From NCBI RefSeq assembly GCF_902713615.1, contig NC_052158.1, positions 18,906,546 through 18,970,545 of the forward strand: a DNA stretch of 64,000 nucleotides, read 5' to 3'. The notes under the pieces are model-generated. The model was not told the DNA's origin. It did not search any database and saw nothing but the letters and a program-made list of their open reading frames with translations. The stretch comes from Scyliorhinus canicula (taxonomy: Eukaryota). This document shows, one piece after another, positions 39,180-50,299 of this stretch. The position numbers and the translations under genes are program-made. Numbering within the stretch: position 1 is the stretch's first letter; each line of letters starts with the position of its first letter.

Positions 39180-39500
39180 AGAGGGTGATGGTGAGAGAGT
39201 GGGTGTTGGTGAGTGAGAGTGATGGTGAGAGAGTGACAGTGAGAGTGTGAGTGAGGATGGGTAAGGGAGTGCGTGATGGTGTGGGTGAGAGTGAGTAAGG
39301 ATGAGAGTGGGTGATAGTGAGTGAGAGTGATGGTAAAAGAGTGAGAGTGTGAGTGAGGATGGGTAAGGGAGTGAGTGATGGTGAAGGTGATTGAGGGTGT
39401 CAGTGGGTGAGGATGGATGAGGATAAGAGAGATTGGGTGATGGGGAGAGTGTGCGAGGGTGAGAGTGGGTGAGGATGAGGGATTGTGTGTGAGTGGGTGT
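39180..39500. repeat. GA/GT-rich low-complexity tract
   Basis: Degenerate GTGAGAGT-type repeats. Confidence 0.85.
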
Positions 39501-39554
39501 TCCATTACAAATAACACCAAGATAAGGCTTGGAAGTATTCCTTGAACATCAAAA

Positions 39555-40130
39555 CGTCTACAAGTTTGCTGATGACATGACCCGAGTGGGTCGGATCTCA
39601 AACAACGATGAGTCAGAGTACAGGAGGGAGGTAGAGAACCTATGGAGTGGTGTAACATCAACAATCTATCCCTCAAGGTCAGCAAACCTAAAGAGTTGGC
39701 CATTCACTTCAGGAAGCGAAGGAAATTCGGCATGTCCACATTGACTCTTACCTATTGTTACCGATGCATCATGGAAAGCATCCTATTTGGCTGCATCACA
39801 GCCTGGTATGGCAACTGCTCGGCCCAAGACCATAAAAAACGAGAGAGAGTCATGAACACAGCCCAGTCCATCACACAAACCCATCTCCCATCCATTTACT
39901 TTGTCTACACCTCCTGCTGCTTTGGTAAAATGAGCAACATAATCAAAGACCCCTCCCACGGGTTGTTCTCTCTTCCAACCTCTTCCATCAGGCAGAAGAT
40001 ATAAAAGTCTGAGAACACACACAAACATTCAAAAACAGCTTCTTCCCCGCTGCTACCAGACTCCTGAATGACCCTCTTATGCACTGAACTGGTCTCTCTA
40101 TGCATCTCTACTGAGTAGCACTACACTCTG
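39555..40130 (+). mobile_element. Rex1/Babar-like LINE 3' fragment
   Basis: KFADD..VGRISNNDESEYRREV, WC..NNLSL.VSK.KEL and YRC..ESIL.GCITAWYGNCSAQD. Confidence 0.75.
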
Positions 40131-40519
40131 TATGCTCACCCGATGTCTTTGTCTATGTATTTAACATGACCATAAGACATAGGAGCAGTATTAGGCCACT
40201 CGGCCCATCGAGTCTGCTCCCCCATTCAATCATGGCTGATATTTCCTCATCCCCATTCTCCTGCCTTCTCCCCATAACCCCTGATCCCCTTATTAATCAA
40301 GACGTTTACATTGTGTATCTAACGCATGTCCTATGTTTTTCATGAATGGAACAATCAATCTGTACTGTATGCAGAACAATACTTTCCACTGTACCTCAGT
40401 GCACGTGACAATAAACCCAAATCCAAGTTCAAATCCAAATGTACATATATCTCACAGAAATATCTTTGAAGTTTGTTTTGTATGTTTGTACCTTATGTGC
40501 AATAATGATCAATTATTTG

Positions 40520-41346
40520 TGGTTTAATTCTTCAATATAATAAGAATGTTCCTCAGGAGTTCATTCAGTGCTCTTGGGAGGTCAAAAGGGTTCTGCTGCT
40601 GAAAACCACCTGGTGATGGACCTGAACTGTCAGTGGCTGCCACTTCCTGCCAGGCAGCACTGGCTGCTCTGTGGCTAACCCTTTGAGCCCCTCGGATGAA
40701 CACGGCATCCCATCTGGTCTCGACTGCATCCACCAATCTGGCCAGGTTGGCATGCCTGAATCATGGGGCTGGTTTCCTTGGTGGCATGGCTGTGGGCTGT
40801 GTGGGATTTGCTATGCAGGATCTGTTGAAGTGCTGCACCCCCTTATCAGCTGGGAGCTGGCGGGCGTGGTACTGGTGAATCAGCTGGTGGGAACATCATT
40901 TGCACTGTGAAGCCCATGGGGCCTCCTTAAGTGAACCAATTCATGTTTGATGCCGGTGACGGCCTCGCCAGGTCGAGCATCAGGAAGCTCACACCAGTTG
41001 CTGCTCGCTACCACATTTAGAAGCTTTTCAGTTGCACATTTTCCCTGTGTTGTCGTGGGTCTTGCCCCCACAACACAAAGATGTGCAGAGTAGGTAGATT
41101 GGTCACGCTAAATTCCTGCAGGAGAATGGACATGTAGTCAGTGGGAGCGATTGGTCAGTCTGTATGGCATTAACAACTCATGTATGACAGGTCATCTGGC
41201 TGGGGGCCGGTGGATCATCACCTCTGTGGCACACACCAACCCCTTGTTAGCAGAAAGCTGACAGGCGCAGTCCCAGCGAATCAGTCATTTGTGGTGCGTA
41301 GCCCACGTGCCCTCACTAAGTGAACCAATTATAATTTGATACCAGT
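40520..41346. mobile_element. Harbinger Myb/SANT remnant and associated repeats, continuing at 42247-42340
   Basis: Minus-strand MVDAVETRWDAVF...SAAWQEVAA is a Myb-like motif; there is a local duplication of ~110 bp. Confidence 0.55.
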
Positions 41347-42246
41347 CCAAGGAGGAGTGAGTTCAGGTAACTTCAGGTTAGGGACTTTACGCAAAATGTC
41401 TGGAGGGAGTTCCCTAGGTTGCCGGGATACACACTGCTGGAGCGACTGCTTCTTCCAGATGTGGAAGAGGAGGGAAGAATTGGGGATATATACAAATGGC
41501 TGGTGGAGCAGGGAGGTGAGCGGGTGGTGAAGATCAAGAAGAAATGGGAAGCAGAGTTGGGAGGGGAGATCAACTGGGGAGTATCGAGTGAGGCACTGCG
41601 CAGGGTCAACGGGACCTCCTCCTGTGCAAGGCTGAGCCTGATACAGTTTAAGGTGGTGCACAGGGTGCATATGACTCGGGCGAGAATGAGTGGGTTCTTT
41701 CAGAGGAGTGTGAGAGGTGTGGGCGGAGGCCAGCGAATCATGCACACATGTTTTGGGGTTGCAAAAATTGGAAAGTTTCTGGACGGGGTGTTCATGGTCT
41801 TAGCCAGGATAGTGGAGGAGGAGGTGGACCCGGACCCTTTGGTGGCGATATTTAGTGTTTCACAGAAGCCGGAGCTCATGGAGAGGAAGAAGGCTCATGT
41901 AGTGGCCTTCGCCCCTCTGACTGCACGGCTGCGAATTTTGCTGGAGTGGCGATCGGCATCGCCACCAGGGGTAGCGGCTTGGTTGGGTGACCTGTATGAC
42001 TTAATGCATTTGGAGAAGATAAAGTATGAGTTAAGGGGGTCTGCAGGGGGGCTTAAAGAAAAGGTGGGGGATGTTTGTGACCGTGTTTGAGGAGCTATTC
42101 GTCGCAGGGGGGGTGGGGAAGGTGAAAAGGGGGAAAAAATTGTACAGACTATATGGTTGATTGTTGGGAAGTATGTTTCCCAGGGTGTTAATTTGCTGTA
42201 ACCTGTTTTGATACATGTTTGTAATAAAATACATTTAAAACAAATC
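41347..42246 (+). mobile_element. 5'-truncated L1-like LINE with 12-bp TSD
   Basis: LIQFKVVHRVHMT...MSGFF plus a 3' UTR with AATAAA. TSD TTTGATACCAGT at 41335-41346 and 42247-42258. Confidence 0.9.
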
Positions 42247-42999
42247 TTTGATACCAGTGACGGCATCGCCAGGTCAAGCATCAGGAAGCTTGTGACAGTT
42301 GCCTCTTGCTACCACACTTAGAAACGTTTCCATTAAATTGCACCCTACATCTGAATGTGTCATCATCTCACTGTTACACGAGGGAGATATTGGGAAATTG
42401 AGTCCAGAAATGAGACCCCAATGTAGTAGGTGATTTAGGGGTTAAATTTCCCATGAAAATAAAACCAGCCAGCAGAGTCAGAAAGATACACCCACACCTG
42501 GCCAAGATACGTTATCCAGGTTTGACTGAAACTCATTAGTGGGAATGCACAGGATGCCCCTAGATCCATTGTTCTTCGGGACACTCATGCCTGACCAGCT
42601 ATTAGCCCATTACGAGCCTGATGGCCTCTTTGTCCGTCAATCAGAGATTAGTTCCATATCAATAGCATGGCTGTGTTCTTTTGTATGATCAGGAATGGGC
42701 CATCAGACAGCCAAGATAACATTGATGGGTTCCAGTCTGGAAACCCAAGCAGAGAACCTTTGTTTGAGGGGCTGGGCGGAGCTTAGAGAGCAAACAAATG
42801 CTGTTTTGTACAGTTACGCAGGAGAAGTCTTTGGAAATTGAACGAGGGAGGTCACGAATGGTACAAAGCAGAAGACCTTGGGAAATCAACCAAGAGAGCT
42901 CGTGAAAGAAGCTGTCCCAGATACAGAACTTCAAAAAGAGGTCGAAACAACCTTGACTTACGGTGCAGAATTGCTTCGTAAATACAAGTATCATCTTTG

Positions 43000-43740
43000 C
43001 TTGTCTATATAAATGGAATGAGAGCTCATAAGTTCATGAGATATACGAGCAGAATTAGGCCATTTGGCCCATCAAATCTGCTCTGCCATTCTATCATGGC
43101 TGATATGTTCCTCAATTTTACCTACAATGCAACAAACCAAAAGCTGGATTACAAAATCAGCCAGAGCATCTCCTCCCTAGAACACATGGCCTAGGAGCAG
43201 TAGGCAATTTTGCCTCCCGAGCCTCAATGTGATCATGGCTGATCCCATCCTGGCTTCAACTCCACCTCCCTCCCAATTCTCCATAACCCTTCAACCCATT
43301 ACCAATAAAACATCTGTCTCACTCCTCCTTAAATTTACTCACTATCCCAGCATCCACCGCACTCTGGGGGAGTGAATTCCACAGATTCACAACCCTTTGG
43401 GAGAAGTAGTTTCTCCTCAAATCTGTTTTAAATTTGCTACCTCTTATTCTAAGGTTATGACCTCATTCCAGAATGCCCCTCAAGAGGAAGCATCAGCTCC
43501 ACGTCTACTTTATCCATATCTTTTACCATCTTGTATAACTCAATTAGATCTCCCCTCATTCTTCTAAACTCTAGAGAATATAGACCTAAACTGTTCAAAC
43601 TCCCCTCATATGAAAAACCCCTCATCTCTGGAATCAACCTAGTGAATCTCCTCTGAACTTCCTCCAATGCCACTACATATTTCCTCAAATAAGGGGACCA
43701 AAGCTGTGCACAATACCCCAGGTGTGGCCTCACCAATGCC
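43000..43740 (-). mobile_element. CR1 3' fragment(s)
   Basis: ORF 43455-43736 VRPHLGYCAQLWSPYLRK...LEEVQRRFTRLIPEM. Confidence 0.85.
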
Positions 43741-44004
43741 TTGTGTGTGCTGTGTGTTAAGGTTAAGAAATTACATGTAATCTGTTAGTGTTTGGGTTGA
43801 AGTTTAAAAGTTTAAATATTGTTTTTTCTTTTCTTTTAATAAAGTAGAATTTACTCTCCTGTCCTGTGATCCAGGTGTGGGCTTCCGAGTGCACCATTTG
43901 TCCTCAACTCTCTGCTCTTGTTGCTGCCCAATAATGGTTAGTTTCTCAGGTCTCGCTATAACCCCACCATTAATCAACACCACAGGCCCCTATCAATCCG
44001 CATA

Positions 44005-44115
44005 TCTTGCGTCTGTATGGGTTTCCTCCAGGTGCTCCGGTTTCCTCCCACAGTCCAAATGAGTGCAGGTCAGGTGAATCGGCTGTGCTAAATTGCCCCT
44101 TAGTATCCATAGGTT
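44005..44115 (+). mobile_element. HE1-type SINE split by the MULE, continuing at 46133-46255
   Basis: AAATTGCCCCTTAGTATCCATAGGTT resumes as CCATAGGTTAGGTGGGTTAC after the transposon. Confidence 0.85.
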
Positions 44116-44414
44116 CGTGTGCGGACAATTCGCCGAAAGACAATTAGCCGACGGACAGTTGGCCGACGGACAATTGACAGACAGGACAATTCGCAGACAG
44201 GACAATTGGCCGAAAGACAATTGGCCGACAGGCAATTAGCCGACAGACAATTGACAGACAGGACAATTGGCCAACACTTATTAAAAATAAAAGAATAAAA
44301 GGGATAGGCGAAATACAAATACAACAAATTATTTATTAAATATGATTTATTAACGATTATTTAAAAAATTACTCATTTATATAAAAAAACACAGGAACAG
44401 TCTATTAAAAACTC

Positions 44415-45750
44415 TTACATACAATTATGTGCACGTGCACGGAAAAATTGCAACCCATCTTCAGCATTGTAGTTGAGTACAAGTTTTTGGAGTCTTTTCT
44501 TGAGGCGAATGTATTTTTTGTTTTCCCTTGCCACATCAGCCCCTGATAATGCCTGTTCTATTATAATTTCAGTGCTTGACTGTTCAATCCTAAGCTTCTG
44601 AATTAATTTGGATAAATTAGGGTGATGGACATTGACTCTTCTACTGAAGGCGTGGTGCCACCCTTCTAGCGAGTTGTTAGTTTTTGGGAGATCACTGAGA
44701 ACTCTGGAGTGACATGACCATAAATAAATGTCAAATATTGGGCGTCGACATCTACCGCGTTGCATGATTCCTACCCATGTACACTCGAAATAAGACAGGA
44801 ACTGCTCCAAAATTTCATCTGTTTGTGCATCTAAAGAATGAAGAAATTGTTCAAACAAAACAGCAACATCATCAGGTGGTACGAAAGCTATCGCTTGCAG
44901 CTGTTTTATAATGAAAGCATTTTCTCGGTCGCTGTACCACGTTTGTAAGCCTGTAGTCTGTATCTTGCGCCATAAACACTGGCCAAAGTGAAAAAAACAA
45001 CCATACACAGAAACGTGAGGTAAATGTTTTTTGATGCTGTTTATAGCTGCTTTCTCAAAGTCCACTGTAATAGACGTCACATTTAAATTCCTTCCCTCTG
45101 TAATGAATTTAAATATTAAATCATAATTCTGTTCACTTTTACTGTTTGTTACACAATAAAGTAGTGGCACTGTTTTACGTTCAGAAATTAGTACATGGAT
45201 CGTGTATAGCTGCTTACCCAAAGGCGCAGAGTCAAAAGTCCCGTCACAAAACCATTCGGTTTTCTTGGACAAAATTTCCAAATTTTTCAACGTACCAAAT
45301 ATAGAAACATCTTCATTTGCATAGAGTAAAAAATCATCACCTGTTGGAGTCTTATATAGTTCTTCCTCACTTATTACTGGTCTTTTTCGTCGCACCGTAT
45401 GCTTGAGAGAGTCCTTTTTTGGTAATGCTCCGACAATGGTCAAGGGGATATCGGACGTTAGATTATCAATGATAGAGCTTGGAAATTCAGATTGGAAGTT
45501 CAGATTGTGCAGCAAGATGTTTTATTTCTTCTTTAACTTTTGAAGCTTGATTCTCAATAGGTGTTGGTGGATGCGAGTGTTCAGAAGACGTTCTGCTAAT
45601 TTCCTCATCGATCATTGTCATTCTTGCGTTGCAGACTTTACGATTTGCGCATCTCCAATAAGTCTTTGATTCCCTGGTTTTGTCAATAATATAGGCGTAT
45701 CCCTCGAACAGAAGCTTTTTGCTTCCTTGCTCCGTTTTGACAAACTCCAT
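44415..45750 (-). pseudogene. FLYWCH plus MULE DDE transposase with one frameshift
   Basis: FEGYAY...YWRC...CNAR...HSH, then WFCDGTF, VDFEKAA, CFFHFGQ and TNNSLEGWH. The frame break coincides with a 13-bp tandem duplication near 45481-45510. Confidence 0.9.
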
Positions 45751-45785
45751 GAATGATACTGAAGGGCTTTGAATAAGGTCTTGAC

Positions 45786-46030
45786 ATTCATTTACAATTG
45801 TTGAAGTACGTAATTTGGTATAACTATTTTAAGCGGGTTCCCTGTCGACTAATTGTCTTGAAGTCTTGAAATTCATTTACAATTGTTGAAGTACGTAATT
45901 TAGTATAACTATTTTCAGCGGGTTCCCTGTCGACTAATTGTCTTGAAGTCTTGAAATTCATTTACAATTGTTGAAGTACGTAATTTAGTATAACTATTTT
46001 AAGTGCAACTATTCCCTGTCGACTAATTGT
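45786..46030. repeat. 85-bp tandem repeat, ~3 copies, inside the MULE upstream of the ORF
   Basis: ATTCATTTACAATTGTTGAAG recurs at 45786, 45871 and 45956. Confidence 0.9.
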
Positions 46031-46824
46031 CCTATCGGCCAATTGTCCTGTCTGTGAATTGTCCTGTCTGTGAATTGTCTGTCGGCCAACTGTCCGTCGG
46101 CTAATTGTCTTTCGGCGAATTGTCCTACTACCCCATAGGTTAGGTGGGTTACTGGGATAGGGCAGGGGAGTGGGCCTAGGTAGGATGCTCTTTCAGAGGG
46201 TTGGCGCAGACCCGATGGGCCAAATAGCCTCCTTCTGCACTGTAGGGATTCTATTCATAAAGCCAAGATCCTGATTGACTTTACAACCACTATCTCAACC
46301 TACCCTGCCATCTTCTTTTGCTTTGTGCGTATACGCCCCAGATCACTCTGTGCATACTTTAAAATTTTAACCATTTGTTTGTATTGCCCTTCCTCATTCC
46401 ATCCACCAAAATATACTTTACCCTTCTCTGTGTTAAAATTCATCTACCTGTCCTTTTTACCAGCCTGTTTATGTCCTCTGATATCTATCAGTATCCTCAC
46501 AGGTCAATATTCAATATACTTTCTGGTTTGTGCCATCTTCAAATTTTGAAACTGCCCAGCACATCTAGGTTGAGGTTATTAATATATATGAAGAACCACA
46601 GTAGTTCAATGAATGAAAGGCTTCACTCCTGCGCCTTGCAAATTTAACATTCTTTAACCCAAGAGTTCTGAGAATTGACAAGAGCTTAATTTGAAACCAG
46701 ATTTGAATCTATAGGTTGAGCAATGCACCCATGCAAGAGACTCACATTCAGCTGGCTGCAAATGACCAGGCCAATGTTCATTGTGGGTTCATGTGGTAAG
46801 GTTACTGGCCAGGCCACATCCTCT

Positions 46825-47005
46825 GACTGCACAGGGCTAAACCGCTGGCTTTGAAAGCAGACCAAGGCAGGCAAGCAGCACGGTTCGATTCCCATAACAG
46901 CCTCCCCGAACAGGCGCCGGGATGTGGCGACTAGGGGCTTTTCACAGTAACTTAATTTGAAGCCTACTTGTGACAATAAGCGATTTTCATTCATTTCATT
47001 TCACT
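46825..47005 (+). mobile_element. Short tRNA-derived SINE
   Basis: Same family as 17575-17760. Confidence 0.8.
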
Positions 47006-47966
47006 TCAAATGATCCTTTTACCATGTTGTTAAAATTCTCGAAAACTAGGTTGATAGACTGATCAAGATTTTAGTCTTAGCAGTTAGAGGCTTTGTACTG
47101 TGAGGCAGATTGTACAGTATTGATCAAAGGGAAGCATCTGCATCTTTTAAGTCACGATTTGAAAAGTCATGAGGGTGGGGCGTGCTATGTGGTCTCCTAG
47201 TGTGTCGGGTAGGGGAGGAGTAACGAGGGTGAGGGGTTCTCAGAAAATCAGCATGCATGTGGCCACAAGAAGAGGAGGGGTCAGGTCGAAAAAGAACATG
47301 GGACATCAACAACAATGGGTTCAGAGAACAGGACAGAAATATCTACATCTAAGACGATGAGCTCATGGGGAGCATGGATAATGAGGAATGGGAATTAGGG
47401 GTCAGCGAAGATAGAGGAAGTTGGGAGGAACTTGGTGGCTGGCTGGAGGAGGTTGGAAGCTGGTCTTCCATAAGAAGCGCAGCAGGACCATTTTCAATAT
47501 TATCTTCGAATGACGCAGTTGAAAAATAACACAAAACAAAATCAGTCAGGTAGGGGACTCAGGATATGTGGGAGTGTAAAGAAATAAGGGTGATAATATG
47601 TGGTATAGATGCAAGAAACTCATTTAAAAATTGCCTTTCAGTAAACCTAAAACAAGCTCCATTTTCTAAGAACAAAGTTGACCAAGCAGACATATGGTCA
47701 ACACTTTCACATCCATGTGACATTACTGATAAAGAGTACACACATCTAGAATGCACTATTCTAAGGATCCTGACAATGGCAACTCACACTACAGTGCCAT
47801 GCTAGTTTAGATAAGTAAAACCACAATCTTATTATCTTACTGGACATGATGCATTAACCAAGCAGTTTGGCCAACATGACCGTTATCAAACTCTAGTTTT
47901 TCAAGAATAAATTCACAAAAAACATTTCTTAGAGATTAAATTGGGGACCTAATTATATCAGGAGTG

Positions 47967-48280
47967 GGGCGGCGTGGTAGCTCAATGGTTACCACTGTTG
48001 CTTCACAGTGCCAGGGACCCGGGTTCGATTCCTGGCTTGGGTCACTGTCTGTGCAGAGTCTGCACGTTCTCCCCGTGTCTGCGTGGGTTTCCTCCGGGTG
48101 CTCCGGTTTCCTCCCACAAGTCCTGAAAGATGTGCTATTAGGTGATTTGGACATTCTGAATTCTTCTTAGTGTACCCGAACAGGCACCGGAATGTGGCGA
48201 TCAGGGGGTTTTCACAGCAACTTCATTGCAATGTTAATGTAAGCCCACTTGTGATACTAATAAAGGTTATTATTATTCTC
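47967..48280 (+). mobile_element. Full-length SINE with HE1-like head and core but a different tail
   Basis: HE1-like 5' part followed by GGAATGTGGCGA...TTCACAG.AACTTCATTG...(TTA)n. Confidence 0.85.
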
Positions 48281-48949
48281 ACCTAATATGGGGATAATGA
48301 TTTGAGGTGGTCCAGTATAGAATGAATGACTGTCTTCTACACCACCTTTTAATTATACAACACTAAAATATCTCAGCACCATTTAAATAATTAGGTTTTG
48401 TTGGGAGAGAATGTTGTTGGTGGTCACCTCCATGTCAGATTCATCTTAAACCAAACGAGTCTCACACCGTCGGGATCAAGATAATATTACTTTGATGTTT
48501 GATGGATATCCAAATTCTCTATTAAGTCTAGTATTTGTATGAAGTAAAAGTGTAATTTTGGATTCTTTTATATAAATAGGAATTAGTTGTCTTTTCTTTC
48601 TGGGATATTATGTAAGTGTTGTGATTTGTACTCTTTGCATAACAACCAAATTGACTGCTTTTTCAGAATATTAAATTCATATGTTTACTTAAAACTGAAA
48701 AAGTCTCATGTAACATCCTGCATTAAACACTCTCCGATCCCAACTCCTCTTCCCTTTGGTGAGGGAATAATTTCTGAGGTGGTCTCATGCAGACCCTTAT
48801 AATATCTGGGAAATTACAATCTAGCTAAACAAAACAATTGAAATTTAGACTACCCGGAGGAAGGTAACTGTTATAACCCCACGATATCCTTGGGGATGAT
48901 CCGATTAATCTCCCTATGAACCTCTTGGAATACATGCTCCCCTGCTGAG

Positions 48950-49366
48950 GGCAGCGGCGTGCAGAGGGGGGGGGGCCGATGGTGCGCTGGCCCCGGGCAG
49001 CCATTGGATGGGGGCAGCACCGCGGTCGGGTGGAGCGCGCCTGCGCACCGCGGTCGGGTGGAGCGCGCCTGCGCACCGCGGTCGGGTGGAGCGCGCCTGC
49101 GCACCGCGGTCGGGTGGAGCGCGCCTGCGCACCGCGGTCGGGTGGAGCGCGCCTGCGCACCGCGGTCGGGTGGAGCGCGCCTGCGCACCGCGGTCGGGTG
49201 GAGCGCGCTTGCGCACCGCGGTCGGGTGGAGCGCGCCTGCGCACCGCGGTCGGGTGGAGCGCGCCTGCGCACCGCGGTCGGGTGGAGCTTTGGACTCGGA
49301 GGCTGGAGAGGGAGCACAAAGGGCGCGAATTCTCCAGAATCGACGGCAATGCCACCATGGGTGAGT
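48950..49366 (+). promoter_or_regulatory. Candidate CpG-island promoter and first exon ending GCCACC-ATG-G/GTGAGT
   Basis: Reverse CCAAT box (ATTGG 49003-49007), repeated GCGCCTGCGCA and GGGTGGAG motifs, a perfect Kozak ATG at 49357 and a consensus donor at 49361. Confidence 0.65.
49017..49288. repeat. GC-rich 28-bp minisatellite, ~9.7 copies
   Basis: Unit GCACCGCGGTCGGGTGGAGCGCGCCTGC, nearly perfect. Confidence 0.97.
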
Positions 49367-49701
49367 TTTATTTATTCTTTATCTTTATCTTTTGATCTAT
49401 TTTAAAACTCTTCTCTGCACCCTCTCTGTAGCTGTCAACTTACTAAACTGTCGTGCCCAGAATTTGACATTTGGGCCAGGGGCACCCATTTGGGACAGAA
49501 CCAGTATTTTATAAAGATTCATCATGGCCTCTTAACTTTTGCCCTCTTACCCTTTATACTTAAAGCCCAGGGTCAGCGGCGTGCAGAGGAGATTCTCAGA
49601 GACTTGACTGCAAGCTGCTGGAGCTCGGATCTTGAACAGAGCTTTTATATCTGGATTTGGGGACCCTTTATGCACTGGCATAGTGCAAAAACAGGCCCCA
49701 C

Positions 49702-50086
49702 ATGACCAGGGTTTTGTGAAGAAGAAGGGATCTGGAAATGTGTTGACTGTGAAAATTATATTTGTGGAAATTGGGTGAAGTAGTTTGATGAGACTTGGTG
49801 CTAAAGCTTTAGAGAAATGAAGATGGAATTTGATTTGAAGAAGTTCAACGTTTTGAAGGATATTGTGGCTGAAATGAAAGCGATACGTGCTGAATGAGCT
49901 GACCGAAATGTGTGAGATATGTCTTTGTATCTGCTATGTGTAATTTATCGGTCATATTATTGCAATTTTCCTGTTAATTCATGTTTAATTTACGTTGATT
50001 TTGGTGTGATTGCTAATATAAAAGTGAAGTCTTGTATATTGGTCTTAGTTGGGTTCTTTGTAGTTGTTTCCACAAGGGTCATAACA
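49702..50086. mobile_element. Possible truncated solo LTR
   Basis: Begins ATGACC and ends GGTCATAACA (partial terminal inverted repeat); no TSD found. Confidence 0.3.
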
Positions 50087-50299
50087 GTATTTTCATGACG
50101 TTGCTGCTCTTATCCTTCTCCATGGGGGTTGCAGAGGAGGGAGGCACAACTTTTGAGACATAACATCTCACCCATTGCTGCAAAGCAAAATGACTGAAGA
50201 AGAGAACAATACCTCTAGAATGCCAGCGCTAAGGGGAAATTGACTAACTCTTACAGCGCAATTTAACCTCAGGCAGCCATCCTATACCTTAGAAATGAC

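Larger units (their letters stand above)
44116..46132 (-). mobile_element. Mutator-like (MULE) DNA transposon, ~2.0 kb
   Basis: 9-bp TSD CCATAGGTT (44107-44115 and 46133-46141), and long TIRs built from GGACAATT/GACAATT subrepeats. Confidence 0.95.

Noticed and set aside
42422-43984. Solo LTR split by CR1 fragments
   Set aside because: TG...CA ends can be drawn, but no TSD or partner LTR supports them.
47349-47534. Ser/Pro-rich minus-strand ORF as an upstream exon of the Ig gene
   Set aside because: Low complexity, with no convincing donor or phase link.
49017-49288. CRISPR array or protein-coding repeat (ORFs 48825-49405 in several frames)
   Set aside because: The units are contiguous with no spacers. 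The ORFs arise because the GC-rich 28-mer has no stop codons in any frame.
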